From assembly GCA_963795085.1 (NCBI GenBank), contig CAWCFX010000001.1:1088001-1152000 (forward strand): DNA of 64,000 bases. The letters are read 5' to 3'. The notes beneath the pieces were generated by a model. It was not told the DNA's origin and did not search any database. It saw nothing but the letters and a program-made list of their open reading frames with translations. The position numbers and the translations under genes are program-made. Shown piece after piece: positions 51,147-60,068 of the stretch (positions within the stretch are counted from its first letter, which is position 1; each line of letters begins with the position of its first letter). Origin of the DNA: an uncultured Gemmatimonadales bacterium (lineage in GTDB: Bacteria > Gemmatimonadota > Gemmatimonadetes > Gemmatimonadales > GWC2-71-9).

Positions 51147-52379
51147 ATGACTGCGCTGAACGTAACCTCCGAAATTGGCCGCCTGCGGTCGGTCCTGGTC
51201 CACACGCCCGGGAACGAACTGGAGGCGGTGACGCCCGGGACCCGGGAAGATTATCTCTACGACGATATCATCGACCTGGAGATTGCCCAGCGGGAGCACC
51301 GGAAGTTCGTTTCGGTGCTGTCCCAGTTCACCGAGGTCCACGAGGTGGCCGACCTGGTGACCGACGTGCTGGCCCAGCCGGAGGCCCGGGAGTTTCTCAT
51401 CACCAAGACGATGGACGTCTTCGCCTCCGACGCGCTGGCGCAGACGCTCAACGCGCTCCCCCCGCCGGCGATCGTCCAGATGCTGATCGAGGGCGTCGAG
51501 GAGGAATCGGGCCCCATTGCCCGGAGCCTGAACGAGGCGGGCTATGTCTTCCCCCCGCTGCCCAACCTGTTCTTTCCCCGCGACATCGGCATCGTGATCG
51601 GCGAGCACGCGATCGTCGGCTCCATGCGGTACGGCGTGCGCTGGACCGAGGAACTGCTGATCAAGGCGCTCTTCCGGTTCCATCCCGCCCTCAGCAACGC
51701 GGGGATTCTCTACGATGGCTCGGAGGAGCGCCGCAGCAACTATACCCTCGAAGGCGGGGACGTTCACGTGCTCCGCGAAGACCTCCTGGTGCTGGGGTTC
51801 AGCGAGCGGTCCTCGCCCGCGGCCCTGGACCAGTTGTGTGACGTGGTCTTCGCCAGCGGGACGGTGACGGACGTCATCGTGGTGGTGATGCCCAAGGAGC
51901 CCACCGCGATCCACCTCGACATGCTGTTCAGCCAGATCGACCGCGAGCTCTGCGCGATCTACCCGCCCTACTTCGTGGGCCCCGAACGGCTCGCCGTGCT
52001 GCACCGCCGGAAAGGCCTCCAGGCGGTGCGGGAGATGCCCAATTTCTTCGCGGCCCTCCAGGCGGTAAACCAGCCGCTGGAACCGGTCTTCTGTGGCGGC
52101 GCCCATCGCCCCACCCAGGAACGGGAACAGTGGGCCTCGGCCTGCAACTTCCTGACGCTCTGGCCGGGCACGGTGCTCAGCTACCACCGCAACGAAGGCA
52201 CCCTGGGCGAACTGATCAAGGCCGGGTTCAAGGTGATGCCGGGGAGCGAGTTGATTGCCACCGGTACGATGCCGGCGGAGGGCGGGCGCACCGTCATCAC
52301 CATCGAAGGAAGCGAACTGGTGCGGGGCGGGGGCGGGCCGAGGTGCATGTCGTTGCCACTGAATAGAGATGAGCTGTAG
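51147..52379 (+). CDS. arcA: Arginine deiminase
   Basis: VTSEIGRL, PNLFFPRD, EGGD, IHLD and GGGPRCMS catalytic motifs. Confidence 0.9.
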   Translation: MTALNVTSEIGRLRSVLVHTPGNELEAVTPGTREDYLYDDIIDLEIAQREHRKFVSVLSQFTEVHEVADLVTDVLAQPEAREFLITKTMDVFASDALAQTLNALPPPAIVQMLIEGVEEESGPIARSLNEAGYVFPPLPNLFFPRDIGIVIGEHAIVGSMRYGVRWTEELLIKALFRFHPALSNAGILYDGSEERRSNYTLEGGDVHVLREDLLVLGFSERSSPAALDQLCDVVFASGTVTDVIVVVMPKEPTAIHLDMLFSQIDRELCAIYPPYFVGPERLAVLHRRKGLQAVREMPNFFAALQAVNQPLEPVFCGGAHRPTQEREQWASACNFLTLWPGTVLSYHRNEGTLGELIKAGFKVMPGSELIATGTMPAEGGRTVITIEGSELVRGGGGPRCMSLPLNRDEL

Positions 52380-52380
52380 G

Positions 52381-52436
52381 GCAGCGTGGGGCGTGCAGCG
52401 TGCAGCGTGGGGCGTGCAGCGTGCAGCGTGCAGCGT
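52381..52436 (+). repeat. Heptamer array, 8 x G(CA/GG)GCGT
   Basis: Direct reading; starts 1 nt after the arcA stop. Confidence 0.9.
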
Positions 52437-52441
52437 GCCGT

Positions 52442-52855
52442 TCAGTCAGGGGGATGGCCAGGTTTGCGCTTCTGAGTCTTGAGATTTGCTATCCTCCGTT
52501 GCAACGATCGCTTGAGGGCGCTGACCAGTTCGGACGTTGACCGCCCGAGCTTCATGAGATGGTCGAACTCGCTTGCATCAATGAGTTGTGCATCGAACGC
52601 CACGTAGAGGTGGGATCGAACCTCGGCGGCGGATGCTTTTGCAATTCCCAGAAAGCGATGAAATTCTGCCGTGGTACTGCTCTCGAAACCTTCCGCAATG
52701 TTGGCCATGACCGAGGCAGCGGCCCGGTTCAACTGGCCCGCGAGAGCGTAGTCGCGACCGAGCAACGCAGAGCCAGGCACGCTGCGTAGGGCCTTCGTTA
52801 ATTCCCGGGCCCGTTGCCAGGCAAGCAGATCCTCAAACTGGGTGACTCCGGCCAT
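52442..52855 (-). CDS. Four-helix-bundle protein (23S rRNA IVP/Avd-like family)
   Basis: FEDLLAWQRA, QLNRAAASVMANIAEGF and FLGIAKASAAEVRSHLY motifs. Confidence 0.92.
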   Translation of the reverse strand: MAGVTQFEDLLAWQRARELTKALRSVPGSALLGRDYALAGQLNRAAASVMANIAEGFESSTTAEFHRFLGIAKASAAEVRSHLYVAFDAQLIDASEFDHLMKLGRSTSELVSALKRSLQRRIANLKTQKRKPGHPPD

Positions 52856-52958
52856 GGGTGATTGTACCGGGAACCGACCCGGGAACCATCATCGAAAAGC
52901 AGCCACACCCCACCAGGAAAACGCGTTGCCGCCTATGCCTATCCAGGTTCAACATCCC

Positions 52959-53007
52959 ACGCTGCACGCTGCCCCTTGCACGCCGCATGCCCCACGCTGC
53001 ACGCTGC
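52959..53007 (-). repeat. Heptamer array, ~7 x ACGCTGC (reverse complement of the array at 52381)
   Basis: ACGCTGC ACGCTGC CCCTTGC ACGCCGC ATGCCCC ACGCTGC ACGCTGC. Confidence 0.85.
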
Positions 53008-53022
53008 ACGTCTGAACTCTAA

Positions 53023-53847
53023 ATGATCTCCGCCCACCCCGACCGCACCCTCGCCGACCGCGCGCTGGACCGGATGCTCCAGGGGCCCCAGTCCGCGCTG
53101 GACCTCGCCAGCCAGGTGCTGGGTCTCGCCCAGGCCTCGCCGGTCATCGCCGAGCGGCTGGCGATCGCCCTGCTGGGCGCGGATCCCCGGGTGCGCCAGC
53201 TCCCCGATGGCCGCTGGGCCGCGGTGTCCGCGGTGCGGGAGGTCCCGTCGCTCCGCGAATGCAGTTTTGCGGTCGTGGACGTGGAAACCACCGGCATGCG
53301 GTCGCGGATGGACGACCGGATCACCGAGATCGCGGTGGTCACCGTGAGCAACGGAGTGGTGCGGCTTGCCTTCGATTCGCTGATCAACCCCGGGCGCTAC
53401 ATCCCGCCCCGCATTACCGCGGTCACCGGCATTACCAACGACATGGTGGCCCGGGCGCCCCGGTTCGCGGAGGTGAGTGATGCGCTGCTCGGCGCGCTCT
53501 CCGGCCGGGTGTTCGTGGCCCACAATGCCCGCTTCGACTGGAACTTCGTGGACGCCGAGATGCGCCGGGCTCGGGACCTGGTGCTGACGGGACCGCGACT
53601 CTGCACCGTCCGGCTGGCCCGCCGGCTAGTGCTCGGGGTGCAGTCCTGCGGACTGGATTCCCTGACCCACTACTTTGGCTGGGAGAACCAGGCCCGGCAC
53701 CGGGCCGCCGGCGATGCGCTGGTGACCGCCCAACTGCTCAACCGGCTGATCCAGCTGGCGACCGAGCGGGGCGCCCACACCGTGGACGACCTGGTGTCCA
53801 TCAGCACGCTGCCCAAGCGCCGCTTCCGGGACCGCTGGGCCTCCTGA
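53023..53847 (+). CDS. DEDDh 3'-5' exonuclease (DnaQ/PolC-like)
   Basis: VDVETTG, VAHNARFD and HRAAGDA motifs. Confidence 0.92.
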   Translation: MISAHPDRTLADRALDRMLQGPQSALDLASQVLGLAQASPVIAERLAIALLGADPRVRQLPDGRWAAVSAVREVPSLRECSFAVVDVETTGMRSRMDDRITEIAVVTVSNGVVRLAFDSLINPGRYIPPRITAVTGITNDMVARAPRFAEVSDALLGALSGRVFVAHNARFDWNFVDAEMRRARDLVLTGPRLCTVRLARRLVLGVQSCGLDSLTHYFGWENQARHRAAGDALVTAQLLNRLIQLATERGAHTVDDLVSISTLPKRRFRDRWAS

Positions 53848-53990
53848 CCCACTGTCCCACTGACCCACTGACCCACTGTCCCACTGTCCCACTGACCCAC
53901 GTCCCACTGACCCACTGACCCACTGTCCCACTGTCCCACTGACCCACTGACCCACTGTCCCACTGTCCCACTGACCCACTGACCCACTGA
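53848..53990 (+). repeat. Octamer tandem array, 18 x CCCACTG(A/T)
   Basis: Counted directly; one 7-bp unit at 53896; followed by ~4 CCCCCTTN-like octamers to ~54025. Confidence 0.95.
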
Positions 53991-54033
53991 CATACCCCTT
54001 GCCCCCTTACCCTCTTGCCCCCTTCTTAGCTCC

Positions 54034-54975
54034 ATGACCATCGCGCACTCATTCCATGTCGGCGGCCTTCGCTGTATCACCCTGGAGGCGGGCCGAATCC
54101 GGCTCGATGGCGGCGCCATGTTCGGCGTGGTACCCAAGCCTCTCTGGTCAAAGCGGATTCCCGCGGACGAACGGAACCGGATTCCCCTGGCCATGCGCTG
54201 CCTGCTGATCGAACATCCCGGCGGACTCGTCCTGGTGGACACCGGCCTGGGCAACAAGCAGGATGCCAAGTTCCAGGATATCTATGGCGTCGAGAACCGG
54301 GGATCGAGCGGCGCCACCCAACTGGAGGACGGCCTGCTCGACCTGGGGTATACGCCCGGTGAAGTGACCATGGTGATCAACACTCACCTTCACTTCGACC
54401 ACGCCGGGGGGAACACGGCGGACCGGCGCGCGGCCGGGCAGGGGGAGGAGACCGACCGCGCGGTCGCCGCCGTGGAACTTGCCTTCCCCAATGCGACGTA
54501 TGTCGTGCAGCGCCGGGAACTCGAGTTCGCCCGGATCAGGAACGAGCGGATCCGCGCCAGCTACCTGGCCCCCAATTTCGACCCGGTGGAAGCCGCCGGT
54601 CGCTGGAAACTGCTGGATGGAGACAGCGAGGTGCTGCCCGGTATCTCCGTCCGGCTGACGCCGGGTCACGTGCCGTTTCATCAATCGGTCGTCATCCAGG
54701 ACCAGGGCGAGACCGCGGTCTTTCTCGGCGACGTGATGCCGACCGCCGCCCACCTGCCGCTGCCGTGGATCATGGGGTACGACCTCGAACCGCTCCGCAC
54801 CCTTGAGAGCAAGCGCGGACTGGTCGCTGAAGCCGCTGATGGGAACTGGCGCTTTGTCTTCGAGCACGACCCTGTGGTGGCCTTCGGCCGGGTGGTCCGG
54901 GAAGGAAGGGACGTGGCGCTGGCCGATGTGGTGACGGCGCCACTGGGGAAGGTGCCGTCCGCGTCGGGGGTGTGA
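54034..54975 (+). CDS. MBL-fold metallo-hydrolase (YtnP-like)
   Basis: LDGGAMFGVVPKPLW, THLHFDHAGG, TPGH, WIMGYD and FEHD motifs. Confidence 0.92.
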   Translation: MTIAHSFHVGGLRCITLEAGRIRLDGGAMFGVVPKPLWSKRIPADERNRIPLAMRCLLIEHPGGLVLVDTGLGNKQDAKFQDIYGVENRGSSGATQLEDGLLDLGYTPGEVTMVINTHLHFDHAGGNTADRRAAGQGEETDRAVAAVELAFPNATYVVQRRELEFARIRNERIRASYLAPNFDPVEAAGRWKLLDGDSEVLPGISVRLTPGHVPFHQSVVIQDQGETAVFLGDVMPTAAHLPLPWIMGYDLEPLRTLESKRGLVAEAADGNWRFVFEHDPVVAFGRVVREGRDVALADVVTAPLGKVPSASGV

Positions 54976-55165
54976 GGCCCCCACCCCCTGTGGGCACGAA
55001 TCATTCCTCACAGGCTCCGTCGCCTAAGGGCTGGCAGGCCTTCGGCTTGGCCATTCATGTGTCGATGAGGGACCTGGCCCTTCACTTAGATGAGTCGGCC
55101 GAGAGCGACGAGTTGTGCGCCGGGACCTCGGGTTACTCGTCTCTTAGTGCATCCAAGGAGTCCCC

Positions 55166-56479
55166 ATGCCTAGGCCGCGTTCGCGCCGAACCCTGACGTC
55201 GAAGACAACCGTTTTCTTTGCCGCCGTGGTCCTGGCGTGCTCAGGGGACGATCCCACTGAACCAGTCGATCCGCTCGATGTGCGGGTGTCTCCCAGTCAT
55301 GTCTTCGCCGGTGGAGAGGTCTTCCTGGTCGGTGACTGGTATCGAGCTTCCGGCAAGGCGTATTCGCTGAGCTTGGATACGGTCAGCCTGGCCGTGCGCC
55401 GGGTGAACGACTCCACGGTCGGCATCACGGTTCCGCCCGGTAAAAACGGCGTGGCGACGCTGGTTGAGCGGATCGGCGGCACGGATATCCAGCGGGCATC
55501 CCTGGAGGTGTACGGCCTCGCTCGCATCGCGACTATCCCGATGCCGGTCCAGGCGCAATTCACCCCATCCCAAAACCCTGCGGTTCCCTATGCGGTCACT
55601 GGGGACTCGGGTGGAGTGTCGGTCATTAGCCTTCGAACCGACCTGGTAAAACGCTACCCTGGAATCGGGCGTCTGGGCTACGAATTGGGAAGCTGTCACC
55701 GTATCGCCGGTCCCAGCTACGCGGATGGGGCGTTTCTGATCTGGGATTCGACTCCGTATCCGTCAATGAAAGCAACTCGATGGCAGTTAATCCCCGACAC
55801 CCTCCGGGGCCAAGCCTTGTTCCCCCCTGGCGCAACCTGCGGGATGGCAGAGGTCAGCCCGCAGGTCTTCATGCATACGGGAAGCCAGGGTGGTGCGGCG
55901 TTCGTCTCCCTCGATTCCATCGACGATGCCGGGAACCGGACCAATTTCTACAGTGATGTCGTCATCAGCAACAAGGGGTTCTTCTGGTCCGGGAGCAGAA
56001 TGGTGTTGCGGGGAACGAACAACGAGGGCGTGAGCGTCATTGATCTGCAGGCCCGAGCGCGTGCCTTTGTGGTTCCATGGATGAGGACGGTGCACTCGGC
56101 CGCCTTTTCCATCGATGGGACAGCGATCTACTTGTGTGGGTACGGTCCTCTCCCCTCCCTTCTGATCTCGGTTAGCGCCGCCACCGGAGATTCGCTTGCC
56201 GCGAAGCCAGGTTCGTGTCTGGCCTTGGCCATCGATCCGCAACTCGGGGTGCTCTACACCCTGGCAGGCGGAACCGATGGGACGTCCGTTCTGGTGCTGA
56301 ATCCGGTGACGCTGGGGGAAGTCGGGAGAATCAATCTCACCTCCATGGAATGCGTTAACTGCGAGGAAAGCGTGATCAGCGTGGATCGGGCGAACGGGGA
56401 ACTCGTAGTTCTCCATTACCTGCTCTCCCAGTCAGGGATCGGCCTCGCCCATGTACGGATTCCGCCCGAGTTCCCATAG
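55166..56479 (+). CDS. Hypothetical lipoprotein, probable Ig-like plus beta-propeller
   Basis: AAGGAG RBS; lipobox VLAC; AFSIDG and LAIDP blade-like motifs. Confidence 0.7.
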   Translation: MPRPRSRRTLTSKTTVFFAAVVLACSGDDPTEPVDPLDVRVSPSHVFAGGEVFLVGDWYRASGKAYSLSLDTVSLAVRRVNDSTVGITVPPGKNGVATLVERIGGTDIQRASLEVYGLARIATIPMPVQAQFTPSQNPAVPYAVTGDSGGVSVISLRTDLVKRYPGIGRLGYELGSCHRIAGPSYADGAFLIWDSTPYPSMKATRWQLIPDTLRGQALFPPGATCGMAEVSPQVFMHTGSQGGAAFVSLDSIDDAGNRTNFYSDVVISNKGFFWSGSRMVLRGTNNEGVSVIDLQARARAFVVPWMRTVHSAAFSIDGTAIYLCGYGPLPSLLISVSAATGDSLAAKPGSCLALAIDPQLGVLYTLAGGTDGTSVLVLNPVTLGEVGRINLTSMECVNCEESVISVDRANGELVVLHYLLSQSGIGLAHVRIPPEFP

Positions 56480-56630
56480 CCGCCCTGAGCGGAGCTTCCT
56501 GGCAAGCCGTCAATCCCGCGACCTTCTACCCTTTCCCGCCGTTCCCCGTCGGGTAGCCAACCGCCGGGTTCTCCGGTATCTTCACCTACCCCCGTTCACG
56601 CAATAACAGGTCACTCAGTTCGGAGCACCC

Positions 56631-59600
56631 ATGCGACTCGCCCAGCGTCGCGGCCTCGCGTTTGCCGCTTCCCTCCTGTTGCTTAGTGCAACGTCTGCCA
56701 TTGCCCAGGTCCGGTCTCCCGAGGCCGCCAACTTGGCGCCCGTGTTCAGCCGGATGGGCCACGACACCGCAACCCTTCCGCTAAAACCCGCCCGCTGGGC
56801 CCGGTTTACCGCGACCAAGTCGACCTGGATGTCGGTGGACGTGAGTCCCGACGGCCAGATGCTGGTGTTTGACATGCTGGGAGACTTGTACACGATGCCC
56901 ATCACCGGCGGCCGGGCCACCCGGCTCACCCAGGGCATTGCCCATGACATGCAGCCGCGCTTCAGTCCCGATGGCAAGCGGGTGGTTTTCGTCTCGGACC
57001 GGAGCGGCGACGAGAACGTCTGGATCATGAGCGTGGACGGCCGGGACACCGTCTCGGTGACCCGGGGGGTGGCCAGCGCCTATCTCTCTCCTGATTGGAC
57101 CCCTGACGGGGAGTACATCGTCGTGTCCCGCCAGGCCCCCCTCGCGGGACTCGAAAAGATCTGGCTCTACAGTGTGCGGGGCGGCACCGGCCTGGAGATG
57201 GTCGCCGGTCCACCCGGTGCCCGCATGATGGGCCCCGCCTTCGGCAAGGACCCGCGCTACGTCTGGTACGCGGTCCGCTTCGGCGCCTGGCAGTACAACG
57301 CCGTCTTCCCCCAGTTCCAGCTCGAGGTGTACGACCGCGACAACGGCACCCGGACGACCATGAGTTCTCGTTACGGATCGGCCTTCCGCCCCGCTCTCTC
57401 GCCGGATGGTAAGTGGCTGGCCTACGGCACCCGGCACGACGCCGAGACCGGGCTCCGCATCCGGGACCTGGCGACCGGCGAGGAGCGCTGGCTGGCCCAC
57501 CCGATCCAGCGGGACGACCAGGAGTCCATCGCCAACATGGACGTGCTGCCCGGCTATTCCTTTACCCCCGACTCGCGCGCCGTGGTGATCTCCTACGGCG
57601 GGGAGCTCTGGCGGGTGCCGGTGGCGGGTGCAGCGGCCGAGAAGATCGCCTTCTCGGTCGAGGCCGAAGTCGCGGTGGGGCCGGAGCTCAAGTTCGAGTA
57701 TCCCATCGACGATTCACCCACCTTCACGGTCAAGCAGATCCGCGACGGAGTGCCCTCGCCGGACGGGCGGCGCGTGGTCTTCAGCGCGCTGGACCGGCTT
57801 TACGTGGTCGACCTCGCGGGCGGCGCACCACGCCGGCTCACCAACCAGGAGGTGGGCGAATACAACCCGGCCTGGTCTCCCGACGGCAGTGCGGTCGCCT
57901 ACGTGACCTGGGACGAGCGCGAGGGCCACGTCATGCGGGTCCGGGCGACGGGCACCGCGCCGTCGGTGCCCCGGCGCCTGACTCGCGCCTCCGCGTACTA
58001 TCAGCAGCTGGCCTGGTCGCCCACCGGCGGCCGGATCGTGGCCATGCGGGCGTCGCACCGGGACCTCCATGAATCCGTTGATCCGTTCATGGGGAACGGG
58101 CTCGGCGCCGAGTTTGTCTGGCTTCCCGCCGAGGGCGGCGATGCCACCGTGATCGGCCCCACGGAGGGACGCCAGCGGCCCCACTTCACCACCGATTCCA
58201 CCCGCATCTACACCTACGGCTTCGTGCCGCCGCCGACCGAGGGCGGGCCCGGTACGGTGGCCCTCGTCTCCACCCGGTGGGACAACACCGATCTCAAGAC
58301 CCACCTCCGGGTCACCTGGGAGATCCCCATCTTCTCGGGCGCCTGGGTGCCGGACCGCCACTCCGACATCATGCTCCCGCGGGACTACAGCCGGGAGCAG
58401 GAAGTGATTCCCCAGGCCTCAGCGGACCTGGTCATGATGGCGCCCCGGGGCGACCTGGCGCTGGCCCAGGTCAACAACGACATGTACGTGATCACGGTGC
58501 CCCGCACTGGCGGCGCGGTTCCCTCGGTGCGGGTCAGCAAGCCCGACAGCGCCGCCATGCCGGTGCGGAAGCTCTCGGATATCGGGGGTGAGTTCCCGGC
58601 CTGGGGCGCCGACGGGCGGACCGTGCACTGGGCCATCGGCAATGCCTTCATTACCTATCGCCTGGACCGGGCCGAAGCGGTGGACGACAGCCTCTACCAG
58701 GCCCACGCCGACTCGGCCGCCCGGATGCAGGCGGCCTATCGCCCCGAGGAAAAGCGGATCGCGATCAGTGCCGCCCGGGACATTCCGCAGGGCGTCGTGG
58801 TGCTGCGCGGCGCCCGGGTGATCAGCATGCGCAATCGCGAGGTGATCGAGAACGCGGACGTCGTCATTACCAACAACCGCATCACCTCGGTCGGCCCCCA
58901 GGCCGCGGTCCCGGCGGGGGCCCGCGTCATTGACGTGAACGGCAAAACCATCGTGCCCGGCTTCGTGGATACCCACGCCCACATGTGGAACCTTTGGGGG
59001 CTGCACTGGAGCCGGCCCTGGATCTACCTGGCCAACCTGGCTTACGGCGTCACCACGACCCGGGATCCCCAGACCGCGACGACCGACGTGCTGACCTACG
59101 CGGACCGGGTGGACGCCGGCCAGATGCCGGGGCCCCGCGTCTATTCCACCGGCCCCGGCGTGTTCTTCACCGAAGGTGTGCGCAACCTGGACCACGCCCG
59201 GGAGATTCTTCGCCGCTACAGCGACTATTACGACACCAAGACGTTCAAGATGTACATGTCGGGCAACCGCCGGCAGCGGCAGTGGCTGGTCATGGCGGCG
59301 CGGGACCTCAAGCTGATGCCCACGACCGAAGGTGGACTGGACTATCGCCTCAACATGACCCACGCCATGGATGGGTATCCCGGCATCGAGCACGCCATGC
59401 CGATCATCCCGGCCTACGACGACGTGGTAGAACTGTTCAAGACCTCGCAGACCACCAACAGCCCGACGCTGCTGGTCTCCTACGGCGCGCCCTGGGCGGA
59501 GAACTACTTCTACACCACCGAGAACGTGGTGGGAGACAAGAAGCTGGCGTGGTTTACGCCGGAGGCCGAGCTGGATGCCAAGATCCGGCGCCGCAACCCG

Positions 59601-60068
59601 GGTCCCGGCCCCGGCGGCTGGTTTCGCGAGGATGAGTATGCTTTCAAGAAGCACTCGGCCTGGCTGGCCCGGCTGGTGGAAGCCGGCGGCCGGACCGGGG
59701 TCGGCAGCCACGGGCAGTTGCAGGGCCTGGGCTATCACTGGGAGCTCTGGGCCCTGCAGAGCGGGGGAATGAGCAACCACGACGCGCTCCGCGCGGCCAC
59801 CCTGATGGGCGCCGAGGCGATCGGACTGGGCCGCGACCTCGGGTCCATCGAGGCCGGCAAGCTGGCGGACCTCCTGGTGCTCGACGCCAACCCGCTGGAG
59901 AACATCCGGAATTCCAATACCCTGCGCTACGTCATGAAGAACGGCCGGCTCTACGACGCCGGCACCATGGACGAGATCTGGCCCCGCCAGTTGCCGGCGC
60001 CGGACGAGTCGTGGCGGCATTCCCGGCCCGCCAATGTTTCGGCCGGCGTGGCGGGAGGTGCCCGATGA
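56631..60068 (+). CDS. Secreted PD40/TolB-repeat amidohydrolase family protein 1
   Basis: Signal peptide; SPDG repeats; PGFVDTHAH; GSHGQLQG; GSIEAGKLADL. Confidence 0.92.
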   Translation: MRLAQRRGLAFAASLLLLSATSAIAQVRSPEAANLAPVFSRMGHDTATLPLKPARWARFTATKSTWMSVDVSPDGQMLVFDMLGDLYTMPITGGRATRLTQGIAHDMQPRFSPDGKRVVFVSDRSGDENVWIMSVDGRDTVSVTRGVASAYLSPDWTPDGEYIVVSRQAPLAGLEKIWLYSVRGGTGLEMVAGPPGARMMGPAFGKDPRYVWYAVRFGAWQYNAVFPQFQLEVYDRDNGTRTTMSSRYGSAFRPALSPDGKWLAYGTRHDAETGLRIRDLATGEERWLAHPIQRDDQESIANMDVLPGYSFTPDSRAVVISYGGELWRVPVAGAAAEKIAFSVEAEVAVGPELKFEYPIDDSPTFTVKQIRDGVPSPDGRRVVFSALDRLYVVDLAGGAPRRLTNQEVGEYNPAWSPDGSAVAYVTWDEREGHVMRVRATGTAPSVPRRLTRASAYYQQLAWSPTGGRIVAMRASHRDLHESVDPFMGNGLGAEFVWLPAEGGDATVIGPTEGRQRPHFTTDSTRIYTYGFVPPPTEGGPGTVALVSTRWDNTDLKTHLRVTWEIPIFSGAWVPDRHSDIMLPRDYSREQEVIPQASADLVMMAPRGDLALAQVNNDMYVITVPRTGGAVPSVRVSKPDSAAMPVRKLSDIGGEFPAWGADGRTVHWAIGNAFITYRLDRAEAVDDSLYQAHADSAARMQAAYRPEEKRIAISAARDIPQGVVVLRGARVISMRNREVIENADVVITNNRITSVGPQAAVPAGARVIDVNGKTIVPGFVDTHAHMWNLWGLHWSRPWIYLANLAYGVTTTRDPQTATTDVLTYADRVDAGQMPGPRVYSTGPGVFFTEGVRNLDHAREILRRYSDYYDTKTFKMYMSGNRRQRQWLVMAARDLKLMPTTEGGLDYRLNMTHAMDGYPGIEHAMPIIPAYDDVVELFKTSQTTNSPTLLVSYGAPWAENYFYTTENVVGDKKLAWFTPEAELDAKIRRRNPGPGPGGWFREDEYAFKKHSAWLARLVEAGGRTGVGSHGQLQGLGYHWELWALQSGGMSNHDALRAATLMGAEAIGLGRDLGSIEAGKLADLLVLDANPLENIRNSNTLRYVMKNGRLYDAGTMDEIWPRQLPAPDESWRHSRPANVSAGVAGGAR

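Noticed and set aside
52442..52855. Avd of a diversity-generating retroelement
   Set aside because: No reverse transcriptase and no TR/VR pair seen in the window.
53626..54269. ORFs with GQWVSGTV repeats
   Set aside because: Translations of the octamer array, overlapping real genes on the opposite strand.
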